A stretch of DNA of 64,000 nucleotides from an uncultured Alteromonas sp. (GTDB lineage: Bacteria; Bacteroidota; Bacteroidia; Flavobacteriales; Flavobacteriaceae): contig CAZBWO010000011.1 of NCBI GenBank assembly GCA_964495885.1, forward strand, positions 18,933 through 82,932, written 5' to 3'. Below, piece by piece: positions 18,932-28,309 of the stretch. Every line of letters begins with the position of its first letter. Within the stretch, counting starts at the first letter, position 1. Below the pieces are notes generated by a model, which was not told where the DNA came from, did not search any database, and worked only from the letters and a program-made list of their open reading frames with translations. A program made the translations under genes and the position numbers.

Positions 18932-19861
18932 ATGGATCGAAGATCATTCATACAAAAGGGAGCCTTTGTGGGTTCCCTTTTTTCATTAGGAGGAACAGCG
19001 TTAGCTTCAGAAATTTTTTCAAGTAAAAAGGTGTTTACTTCCGAAGCCCCTTTTCATTTAAAATATGCTCCACACGATGGAATGTTTAAAGCTCATGCTG
19101 GAGACTCCATACTCCCACAGCTAGATTTTATGGCCGCTCAAGGATTTACGGCTTTTGAGGATAATGAAATGCGTAACAGGAGTATTTCAGAACAGAAAGA
19201 AATAGCGAACAAAATGCAATCCTTAGGGATGCAAATGGGCGTTTTTGTCGCGCATAAGATTTATTGGAACGAACCCAACCTTGCTAGTGGAAATTTAGAA
19301 AAAAGGGAAGAATTCCTTTCAGAAATACGTGCTTCTGTTGAAGTGGCCAAAAGAGTAAATGCGAAATGGATGACTGTAGTTCCGGGTCATATAGATCCAA
19401 GGTTAAACGTGCAATACCAAACTGCAAATGTGGTAGAATCCCTTAAACAGGCTTGTGCTATTTTAGAACCTCACGGACTTGTCATGGTCTTGGAGCCGCT
19501 TAATTTTAGAGATCATCCTGGGTTGTTTCTTTCAGAATCGCCGCAAGCTTACCAAATTTGTAAGGCAGTGAACAGCGAGTCCTGTAAGATTTTGTTTGAC
19601 ATTTATCATCAACAAATTCAAGAAGGCAATTTAATTCCTAATATTGAGGCCTGTTGGGACGAGATTGCCTATTTTCAAGTAGGGGATAATCCAGGAAGAA
19701 AGGAGCCCACCACTGGGGAAATAAATTACAGGAATGTATTTCGATTTATTCATGATAAAGGATTTGATGGAATTGTTGGAATGGAGCATGGAAATTCCAC
19801 TGAAGGAAAACTTGGGGAATTGAAGGTTATTGAGGCCTATAAGGAAGTTGATAATTTTTAG
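18932..19861 (+). CDS. Hydroxypyruvate-isomerase-like TIM-barrel protein with twin-arginine signal
   Basis: 309 aa. Tat motif MDRRSFIQKGAFVGSLFSLGGTALA. ...MVLEPLNFRDHPG... and ...VGMEHG... are typical of the Hyi/xylose-isomerase-like fold. Confidence 0.85.
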   Translation: MDRRSFIQKGAFVGSLFSLGGTALASEIFSSKKVFTSEAPFHLKYAPHDGMFKAHAGDSILPQLDFMAAQGFTAFEDNEMRNRSISEQKEIANKMQSLGMQMGVFVAHKIYWNEPNLASGNLEKREEFLSEIRASVEVAKRVNAKWMTVVPGHIDPRLNVQYQTANVVESLKQACAILEPHGLVMVLEPLNFRDHPGLFLSESPQAYQICKAVNSESCKILFDIYHQQIQEGNLIPNIEACWDEIAYFQVGDNPGRKEPTTGEINYRNVFRFIHDKGFDGIVGMEHGNSTEGKLGELKVIEAYKEVDNF

Positions 19862-19867
19862 AAAAGA

Positions 19868-20473
19868 ATGGACTCGCGATTGGCTTCCGTATCACTACCC
19901 TTGAAATGTGATGTTTCGTATTTTGAAATTTTCATTTCCCCTACAGTTTCAAAGGAACTGTATCAACTTTTCCAACATGATTACCAAATTCAAGCGTCTA
20001 AGCTTTCATGGAAAATAGGTGATGAGATTATAGAAAGTGATTTCAGTAAAATAATTTTCACAGATCAAGAATTAATACATAAAAATGTTTTTGAAGCTTC
20101 TATTTGGGGAAATTCATATGTTTGGCCTGCTGCCTTGCTTCCAGTTAAGGAAGCCATTGAAGATATCACAAAAAAAGAGTTTCGGGTTTGTGTTTGCATT
20201 TATTATCCAGATGGTACCTCTGGTGTAGATTTCCATTCAGATTTTGTAGCATTTGGTGACACCAGCGTGATTCCTTCTTTAAGTTTGGGGGCAGAAAGGA
20301 CGTTTCAGCTTCGTGAAAGAGCTACGCAAGAAGTCTACAGTAAATTATTACATGAAGGGAGCCTTGTTGTTATGGGAGATCAATGTCAAGAACTTTATGA
20401 ACATGCGCTCCCCTTGGACCCTAAATGCAAAAGCGGAAGAATCAATTTGACCTTCCGCCAGTATGGGTTATAA
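19868..20473 (+). CDS. alkB: AlkB-family Fe(II)/2-oxoglutarate dioxygenase
   Basis: 201 aa. HxD (VDFHSDF), distal His (YEHALP) and RINLTFRQ (RxNxTxR) motifs. ATG lies 6 nt after the preceding stop. Confidence 0.8.
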   Translation: MDSRLASVSLPLKCDVSYFEIFISPTVSKELYQLFQHDYQIQASKLSWKIGDEIIESDFSKIIFTDQELIHKNVFEASIWGNSYVWPAALLPVKEAIEDITKKEFRVCVCIYYPDGTSGVDFHSDFVAFGDTSVIPSLSLGAERTFQLRERATQEVYSKLLHEGSLVVMGDQCQELYEHALPLDPKCKSGRINLTFRQYGL

Positions 20474-20481
20474 AGAGATTT

Positions 20482-20994
20482 TTACTCTACTATAAACTTC
20501 CCTTTCATCATGGCCGAATGGCCTGGGAAACTACAGATAAAATCATACGTTCCTTTTTCCGGTGCTGTAAATGTAATGGAATCAGACTCACCGCCACCCA
20601 GCATTTTGGTATGTACAATCACCTCTGCGCCTTCTTCCGGAATCCAATCTGCATCTTCACCCGCATTGGAAGCTTTGATGGAAAATTCCTGAATGCTAAC
20701 GCCAGGTTTTAGCAATACAAAATTGTGCCCCATAACCTTCATGTCCAACTTCCCAATATGTGAAAGTATCAAGGTAACTTCTTGACCAGCTTTCACTTTA
20801 ATTTCACTTTTGTTGAATTTCATCATGTCATTACCAGTAAGGGTAACCTCTACACTTTTAGGGTCTTCCTTTTTGGTTTCTTCGGTAGTGCCAATTTTAA
20901 TGGAACTATCCTCTTTTTTCTTTTCTTCTTTTCCACCACAAGCTATCAAAAGCGATAGTGTTGCAAGCAGGAGTATAGATTTAAGTGTTTTCAT
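20482..20994 (-). CDS. azu: Azurin-type blue-copper protein, lipoprotein
   Basis: Lipobox LLIAC followed by a K/E-rich linker. The azurin body is ...LTGNDMMKFN...VMGHNFVL...HTKMLGGGE...FICSFPGHSAMMKGKFIV. The Cu ligands His, Cys, His and Met are all present. Confidence 0.9.
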   Translation of the reverse strand: MKTLKSILLLATLSLLIACGGKEEKKKEDSSIKIGTTEETKKEDPKSVEVTLTGNDMMKFNKSEIKVKAGQEVTLILSHIGKLDMKVMGHNFVLLKPGVSIQEFSIKASNAGEDADWIPEEGAEVIVHTKMLGGGESDSITFTAPEKGTYDFICSFPGHSAMMKGKFIVE

Positions 20995-21000
20995 CGTGTA

Positions 21001-21960
21001 TTATTTTGTAGTTAAAAATTCTAAAGTTCTTTTTTCACTGTAGTAGACTTTTTCGGTTAGATGAAAGCCCACATGGCCGCCATATTTTGGCGTTTCAAGA
21101 TAGAGTATTTTTGATTTTTCCGCAAGGGAATAGGGATAACATTCTGAAGGTAAAAAACTATCGTTTTGTGCATTGAGAATTAATACAGGGACGGGTATTT
21201 CTGGAAGAAATTGTAAGCTGCTATTTTTTTGGTAATAGTCGAATGCGTCTTCAAATCCGTTTGCTGGCGCAGTATACCAATCATCAAATGCTTTCAGGCT
21301 TGTAATTTTATGAAGTTCTTTTTCTGAAATTTGTTCGGGGAACTGATGAATTTTATGAGATACTTTTTTCCGAAGATCCTTCAGGAAAACAGACCGGTAC
21401 AGCCAATTTTCCCATTGAGCAAGTTTCCAGAGCGTACCTTTTAAATCTACCGGAGTAGAAATAGCAATTCCTTTTTTGATTTCCTTTGGGGTTTCCCTTC
21501 CTTCTCCTAAATATTTTAACAGCAAATTACCCCCAAGGCTAAAGCCCACCAAGGCTATTTCCTTGTATTGATTTTTTCCTAGCACATATTCCACAACCCA
21601 ATGGAGGTCTTCCGTTTTTCCAGCAGTATAGGATTCAAACTTCCAATTGGGCTCCCCACTGCAGCCCCGTAAATTTACCGCACAGGCATCCCATCCTTTT
21701 TTATTCAATATGCTGGCTTGTCCCACCATATAAGTGCGTTGTGCGTTTCCTTCCAGGCCGTGCAATAAAATTGCGATTTTTTCCGAAGGACCCTCCGAAA
21801 AAGAAAAGTCCAAATCCAGAAAATCTCCATCGGGCAACATCAAACGCTCCCTTTTTTGGGTCAGTTTTGGAGGCTTTCGAAGTTTTGCTGAATAGATGGT
21901 GGCAAAGTGCCCGTTTTTAAAAATTCCTTTAGGGTTATATTTTGAAGTTACTAGCGGCAT
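21001..21960 (-). CDS. Alpha/beta hydrolase (YheT/ABHD1-3-like)
   Basis: 319 aa. ...ILLHGLEGN... and nucleophile elbow GFSLGG. It ends 6 nt upstream of the azurin gene on the same strand. Confidence 0.85.
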   Translation of the reverse strand: MPLVTSKYNPKGIFKNGHFATIYSAKLRKPPKLTQKRERLMLPDGDFLDLDFSFSEGPSEKIAILLHGLEGNAQRTYMVGQASILNKKGWDACAVNLRGCSGEPNWKFESYTAGKTEDLHWVVEYVLGKNQYKEIALVGFSLGGNLLLKYLGEGRETPKEIKKGIAISTPVDLKGTLWKLAQWENWLYRSVFLKDLRKKVSHKIHQFPEQISEKELHKITSLKAFDDWYTAPANGFEDAFDYYQKNSSLQFLPEIPVPVLILNAQNDSFLPSECYPYSLAEKSKILYLETPKYGGHVGFHLTEKVYYSEKRTLEFLTTK

Positions 21961-22021
21961 CCTTCTAAAAAATCTTAGGGCATTTGAAATTCACATTGTA
22001 AATTTACCACAAAAAAGAAAC

Positions 22022-22495
22022 GTGTACACAAAAGAATTTGAAATACGATGGAGTGACGTAGACGCCAACTTGCATTTACGTAATAGTGCCTACATAGATT
22101 ATATGAGCCATACCCGAATGAGTTATTTTCAAGACCATGGTTTTGACCAAAGACGGTTGCATCAACTACAAATTGGCCCAGTTGCGCTATATGAGCATAT
22201 GTTTTATTTCAAGGAAGTCTTTCCTGGCGAGCCTGTTTCGGTGTCATTGCAATTAAAAGGAGTTTCTGAGGAAGGAACCTTTTTTTCTTTTGAACATAAC
22301 TTTTACAGCACAAGTGGCAAAAACTTAGCTCGATGTGAAATGCTAGGCGCGTGGATTGATTTAAAAACGCGAAAGCTTATCCATGCCCCAAAGGAACTTT
22401 GGGATTTTTTGGAAGGAATGGTTAAAACCCACGATTTTAAGACACTTACTAAGGAAGATACCCGTAGACACGGACAAATCCCGAAAGATCTTTAA
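22022..22495 (+). CDS. Hotdog-fold acyl-CoA thioesterase (4HBT family)
   Basis: ...YTKEFEIRWSDVDANLHLRNSAYIDYMS... is a typical 4HBT N-terminus. The track ATG (21896) lies inside the divergent hydrolase gene. There is no in-frame ATG after 21960, so GTG 22022 is proposed. Confidence 0.7.
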   Translation: MYTKEFEIRWSDVDANLHLRNSAYIDYMSHTRMSYFQDHGFDQRRLHQLQIGPVALYEHMFYFKEVFPGEPVSVSLQLKGVSEEGTFFSFEHNFYSTSGKNLARCEMLGAWIDLKTRKLIHAPKELWDFLEGMVKTHDFKTLTKEDTRRHGQIPKDL

Positions 22496-23394
22496 TTAGA
22501 AAGTGCTTTTCCACGCTTTTTCTTGGTAGACAGATACACTCCCAGAAAAATGAGTGCTGCTGCAAAAATTCGCAATGGAGTTAAGGAGTCTGCCCCTGCT
22601 ACTATGGCAAAAATTGCTGCCAATACGGGTTGTAAATAAATAAACGCACCAATGGTGGAAGGGCTTAATTGCTTCAGTGCGTAGATGTTAAACAAATAGG
22701 TAAGGAATGTTGTTCCAACCACCACAAAAAGGAGCTGCCAGACTTCAGTGGAATGTAGTTGTGCCCAAGCTACTTCCGAAAATTCTGAAAACCCTACCGG
22801 AATATTCATTAATAGCGCGAAGAAGAAAAACATTTTCATTAAGGTAATTGAATGGTATTTCAGCACTAATGGTTTCACCAAAATAAGATAGAACGAATAG
22901 GATGTGGCATTCACTACAAAATAGAGGTTTCCCAATGGAATATTAGGAGCGTTTGGTTGTGTTTTAGCACCAAATAATATAAGCATCAATGCTCCAAGCA
23001 GCCCTATTGCAATTCCACCAATTTTTAATGAAGTCATCTTTTCTTTCAGAATAAGTGCTGATAAGATTAATAAAATCACAGGGGAAAGGGTAATGACCAC
23101 TGAACTGTTAATAGGGGTAGAAAGCTCCAGTCCTTTGAAGAATAGGTTCATATTTAGAAACATCCCAAAAAACGCACAAACAAGCATTCTAAGAAGATCC
23201 TTTTTGGCAATTTTTTCTGAAGGGAAAAAGAAGGAGGCCGTCCAAAAAAGAATTGCGGCACCTCCAACACGCAATAATATAAATCCGAAGGGGCCAATTA
23301 CATTGGGCATTAACCCCTTGGCTATGGTATGGTTTACTCCATAAATAGCACTGGCGGCTGTAGCTGCCAATAACGCTAAAGCCCTAGGATTCAT
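22492..23394 (-). CDS. EamA/DMT-family transporter
   Basis: 300 aa, 10 TM, two EamA-like halves. Confidence 0.85.
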   Translation of the reverse strand: MNPRALALLAATAASAIYGVNHTIAKGLMPNVIGPFGFILLRVGGAAILFWTASFFFPSEKIAKKDLLRMLVCAFFGMFLNMNLFFKGLELSTPINSSVVITLSPVILLILSALILKEKMTSLKIGGIAIGLLGALMLILFGAKTQPNAPNIPLGNLYFVVNATSYSFYLILVKPLVLKYHSITLMKMFFFFALLMNIPVGFSEFSEVAWAQLHSTEVWQLLFVVVGTTFLTYLFNIYALKQLSPSTIGAFIYLQPVLAAIFAIVAGADSLTPLRIFAAALIFLGVYLSTKKKRGKALSN

Positions 23395-23396
23395 AC

Positions 23397-23747
23397 TTAC
23401 TGAATAGAATTTTTGGCGGCTTCCACCACTTTTTTGCTATTTCCAATAAAAATCTCATCTCCGTTTACCAAAACCGGCCGCTTGAGGAACGTGTAATGCT
23501 CCAAAAGGAATCTTTTAAAATCTTCTTCGGAAAGGCTTTCGTCTTTTAGATTCCGTTCTTTATAAAGCTTGGCTCTTTTACTAAACAGCGCTTCATAACT
23601 TCCAGAAAGTTCTCTTAGTGCTTCCAGTTGTTTTACACTAATTGGGTTGCTTTTAACGTCTTGTTTTTCAAATGAGCTAGGCAATGAAATTTCGTTCATG
23701 ATGCGCTTACATGTATCGCAGGTACTTAGGAAATAGAATTTTTTCAT
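23397..23747 (-). CDS. ArsC/Spx/YffB-family thioredoxin-fold protein
   Basis: 116 aa. N-terminal Cys motif STCDTCKR, family-typical size, and ...LLEHYTFLKRPVLV... Confidence 0.75.
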   Translation of the reverse strand: MKKFYFLSTCDTCKRIMNEISLPSSFEKQDVKSNPISVKQLEALRELSGSYEALFSKRAKLYKERNLKDESLSEEDFKRFLLEHYTFLKRPVLVNGDEIFIGNSKKVVEAAKNSIQ

Positions 23748-23752
23748 GCTAT

Positions 23753-24508
23753 TTAAAAATAATTATCAGCCAAATAAGGCTGAAGGTCCTCCCACGGAAT
23801 TTCTATGGAAATAGCTCCTGCAGCATAACTGGCAATATCATATTGATTGTATATGAAAACGAGACCTTCTTCTGTAAAGCCTAGATTTTCTGGAAGGTAA
23901 AACCTGTCTTTTTCAAACCAAAAACCTGTTGCGTTGATGGAACCTTGGGCCGGAATATCATTTTCTTCCCTGAACTTCTTTTCTGCAAATGCTTCAAAAG
24001 CTGAAAAATCATTAAATAGCATTTCCTTTGAAATCAATTCTCCTGTTTTTAAATCGAAATTTTTATATGTACCCATTCCATATCCGTGGGCCCCTCCTGT
24101 AAAAAGATAGTTGAACATGGACAAACAAAGGAGATCTTCATTGCTGAAGGAAGGTAAAATAGTCACTTCGGCTTCGTATTCCATATCAAATTCAAATTCA
24201 TTTTTGTGGTCTCGGTATGCTAGTATAAATTGTTTGGCGGCTTCTTCAATGTTGGCTGCGGAAGGGCGCTCATCTTCTCCCAAGAATAATGATTCAATAA
24301 CAAAGTCTTTGATTGCAGCATTGATATTGGCCGAAACTTCTGTATCTCCATGAACGATGGGGTATTCGATATCTATGGAAGAACAAGGGGCATTTTTACA
24401 GAGTGCTAATTCAGTTTCAGAAAAGGTCTTGGTTTGAAGCTCCAAGGGGGCACTTTCTTTACAGGATGCAAAAAGCAACACCAGAATAATTGGGCAGATC
24501 CATTTCAT
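23753..24508 (-). CDS. DUF3298/DUF4163-type lipoprotein (RsiV/PdaC-like fold)
   Basis: Lipobox LLFASC. ...LFTGGAHGYG... is the DUF3298 signature. Confidence 0.7.
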   Translation of the reverse strand: MKWICPIILVLLFASCKESAPLELQTKTFSETELALCKNAPCSSIDIEYPIVHGDTEVSANINAAIKDFVIESLFLGEDERPSAANIEEAAKQFILAYRDHKNEFEFDMEYEAEVTILPSFSNEDLLCLSMFNYLFTGGAHGYGMGTYKNFDLKTGELISKEMLFNDFSAFEAFAEKKFREENDIPAQGSINATGFWFEKDRFYLPENLGFTEEGLVFIYNQYDIASYAAGAISIEIPWEDLQPYLADNYF

Positions 24509-24550
24509 AATTCAAAAATACAATCATTTTTAAAATGGGTAGGGAAAGTG

Positions 24551-24558
24551 TACCTTTG
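24551..24558 (+). promoter_or_regulatory. Candidate Bacteroidota -7 box (TAnnTTTG)
   Basis: TACCTTTG lies 29 nt upstream of the 24587 ATG. No clear -33 TTG was seen. Confidence 0.3.
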
Positions 24559-24586
24559 TTTACCATAAAAAGATGAACCTATATTT

Positions 24587-25726
24587 ATGAAATTTAATAC
24601 AAAAACAATACACGGCGGACAAGAACATGATAAGGCTTATGGAGCAGTCATGCCCCCTATTTACCAAACATCTACCTATGCACAATCTACTCCGGGAGGA
24701 CACAAGGGGTTTGAATACTCCCGAACACACAATCCAACTAGGGATGCACTGGAAAAAGCATTTGCAAGTATCGAGAATGGAACGTATGGTTTAGCTTTTG
24801 GAAGTGGTTTGGCAGCAATTGACGCAGTATTAAAATTGCTAAAGCCAGGAGATGAAGTGGTTTCCACCAATGATCTTTATGGAGGTACCTACCGACTTTT
24901 CACCAAGGTTTTTGAAAAATTTGGGATTACCTTTCATTTTGTGGGAATGGAAGAAAGTGCCAATATTGAAAAATACATCAACGAGAACACTAAACTCATC
25001 TGGGTTGAAACACCTACCAACCCTATGATGAACATTATAGATATCAAGGCTTGTGCAGCTATTGCCCGTAAACATAATATACTGTTGGCAGTAGACAATA
25101 CCTTTGCCACTCCCTATTTGCAACAACCTCTAGATTTAGGCGCCGATTTGGTCATGCATAGTGCGACTAAATATTTGGGAGGCCACAGTGATGTGGTGAT
25201 GGGAGCTTTGGTAGTAAAAGATAAAAAATTGGCAGACCAATTGTATTTTATTCAAAATGCTAGCGGGGCAGTATGTGGCCCGCAAGATAGTTTTTTAGTA
25301 TTACGTGGAATTAAAACTCTGCATGTACGTATGCAGCGTCATTGCGAAAACGCAAAAAAAATAGCGGCCTATCTTGATAATCACCCAAAGATTGACCGTG
25401 TGTATTGGCCTGGTCTGGAGTCTCATCCAAATCATCATGTTGCCAAGGAGCAGATGCGGGATTTTGGGGGGATGATTTCTTTTGTAACCAAAGGAGATAA
25501 CTATCAGGAAGCGATTAAAATTGTAGAACGGTTGAAGGTATTTACCCTAGCGGAAAGTTTAGGAGGTGTTGAAAGTTTGGCTGGACATCCAGCAAGCATG
25601 ACACATGCTAGTATTCCGAAGGAGGAGCGTGAAAAATCTGGAGTAGTGGATTCCTTGATTAGGTTAAGTGTAGGAATAGAAGATGTAGATGATTTGATTG
25701 CCGATTTGGAACAAGCAATTTCTTAA
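24587..25726 (+). CDS. Cys/Met-metabolism PLP enzyme (cystathionine gamma-synthase / beta-lyase family)
   Basis: 379 aa. PLP-lysine motif HSATKYLGGHSD and ...YSRTHNPT... Confidence 0.9.
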   Translation: MKFNTKTIHGGQEHDKAYGAVMPPIYQTSTYAQSTPGGHKGFEYSRTHNPTRDALEKAFASIENGTYGLAFGSGLAAIDAVLKLLKPGDEVVSTNDLYGGTYRLFTKVFEKFGITFHFVGMEESANIEKYINENTKLIWVETPTNPMMNIIDIKACAAIARKHNILLAVDNTFATPYLQQPLDLGADLVMHSATKYLGGHSDVVMGALVVKDKKLADQLYFIQNASGAVCGPQDSFLVLRGIKTLHVRMQRHCENAKKIAAYLDNHPKIDRVYWPGLESHPNHHVAKEQMRDFGGMISFVTKGDNYQEAIKIVERLKVFTLAESLGGVESLAGHPASMTHASIPKEEREKSGVVDSLIRLSVGIEDVDDLIADLEQAIS

Positions 25727-25730
25727 ATAA

Positions 25731-25761
25731 AAAAGGGGCAACGAATTCGTTGCCCCTTTTT
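25731..25761. terminator. Bidirectional rho-independent terminator
   Basis: aaaaGGGGCAACGaattCGTTGCCCCtttt. A perfect 9-bp GC-rich stem lies between convergent genes. Confidence 0.8.
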
Positions 25762-25779
25762 AAATACAATATTTTTCAA

Positions 25780-26601
25780 CTAATCTAAGTAATAGATATA
25801 TCCTACATTCAACCAGAAAATCCAATCATTGGCCTTGTTTTCCGGAACTGGAATACCGTTTCCTTCCCCTAAGGTTAATTCGTTAAGTTCTTCTTGAGGA
25901 TTTAAACCGTCTACCCAGTTTGAGAAATAATATTGCCAACGGGCGTCCAACATCAAATCACTCAATGGTGATAATTTATAACGTATTCCCGCACTCATCA
26001 CCACGCTCCAAGTAGAATCTCCTTCCTGTTGGAAGGAATTATAATATTTTTTTGGGGTACTAATAGGAGTATTCAAAGCGCCAAGTTCACTGGTAATTTC
26101 TGGGTCAAAACTCACCCAGTGCACTCCAAAACTTCCAAAAGGCGCAATTTTGTATGCTCCTGCAGCAAAATCTCTAATACTCAACGGGAAGAATTCTAAT
26201 TGCGCACCAATATCAAAAACAGTAGATGAGCCTTTCATGGCTCTAAGTTGGTCGGCAAATAAATTTACTTCATCATCTGCAACATGTTCTCCAAAATGTT
26301 CAAAATTGGTTTTGTGGAAATCTATTTCACTTCTCAATTTAAAGTGATCATTGAAATAAGAATCCCTCGTATAACAATTACAGTCTGCCCTGTAGGAGAA
26401 GTTCAAATAATGGATTATCCCAACGCCAAAACCAACGTTACCGAGATTGGTTTCAGAGTTGTTTCTTTGGCCAAAATCAGAATAAAAAGCCACGGGACCA
26501 GTGATAATACCTATTTCATGCGAGAAACCAAACTGTCCAAAAACAGCCTGTTTTGGCATAGCAACGAAGAGTAATACCAATAGCAATAATCTGGTATTCA
26601 T
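25780..26601 (-). CDS. Predicted outer-membrane beta-barrel protein, function unknown
   Basis: 273 aa. Signal peptide, alternating aromatic/polar beta-strand pattern, and a C-terminal ...WLNVGYIYYLD aromatic terminus. Confidence 0.6.
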   Translation of the reverse strand: MNTRLLLLVLLFVAMPKQAVFGQFGFSHEIGIITGPVAFYSDFGQRNNSETNLGNVGFGVGIIHYLNFSYRADCNCYTRDSYFNDHFKLRSEIDFHKTNFEHFGEHVADDEVNLFADQLRAMKGSSTVFDIGAQLEFFPLSIRDFAAGAYKIAPFGSFGVHWVSFDPEITSELGALNTPISTPKKYYNSFQQEGDSTWSVVMSAGIRYKLSPLSDLMLDARWQYYFSNWVDGLNPQEELNELTLGEGNGIPVPENKANDWIFWLNVGYIYYLD

Positions 26602-26720
26602 TGGTAATTAGGTTTAGATTGAGACGTAACAAATATATAAAAACATATCTAACGGTGAAATTTATTGTAATTAAATAGCTTATTTACATAATTTTTAACG
26701 CCCATTTGGGGTAGATAATT

Positions 26721-26728
26721 TATATTTG
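26721..26728 (+). promoter_or_regulatory. Candidate -7 box (TAnnTTTG) upstream of gdhA
   Basis: TATATTTG lies 12 nt upstream of the palindrome at 26740. It implies a leader of about 120 nt. A 1-mismatch alternative (AATTTTTG) lies near 26810. Confidence 0.3.
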
Positions 26729-26739
26729 CGGTCTAAGAA

Positions 26740-26753
26740 CGAAAACGTTTTCA
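26740..26753. promoter_or_regulatory. Second copy of the CGAAAACGTTTTC palindrome (candidate LacI-type operator) upstream of gdhA
   Basis: The read is CGAAAACGTTTTCA, so 13 of 14 nt are identical to 16368-16381. It is intergenic, about 100 nt upstream of the gdhA GTG. Confidence 0.5.
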
Positions 26754-26819
26754 GAATCACTATATTGCAATTTTGAGAGCTTTTTCAGCATACATTTTAA
26801 AAGAAAATTAAATTTTTGA

Positions 26820-28193
<1,374 letters not shown>

Positions 28194-28216
28194 CAATTGT
28201 TAGAGATAAATTATCT

Positions 28217-28247
28217 AAGGTTGCCTTAAATGGCAACCTTTTTTTTT
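28217..28247 (+). terminator. Rho-independent terminator of gdhA
   Basis: AAGGTTGCCttaaatGGCAACCTTttttttt. A perfect 9-bp stem plus a T-run. Confidence 0.8.
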
Positions 28248-28309
28248 GAAAATGACAATAAATAGTATCTTCGGAAGTTCATTGTATTACATGAGACTAC
28301 CGTTTTAAA

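Noticed and set aside
21896-22021. N-terminal 42 codons of the track ORF for the thioesterase; similar extensions for nadD (8403-8432), the receiver (42231-42239) and others
   Set aside because: The extensions overlap neighbouring genes or begin at TTG with a better ATG a few codons downstream that yields canonical N-termini or signal peptides. The starts were re-set accordingly.
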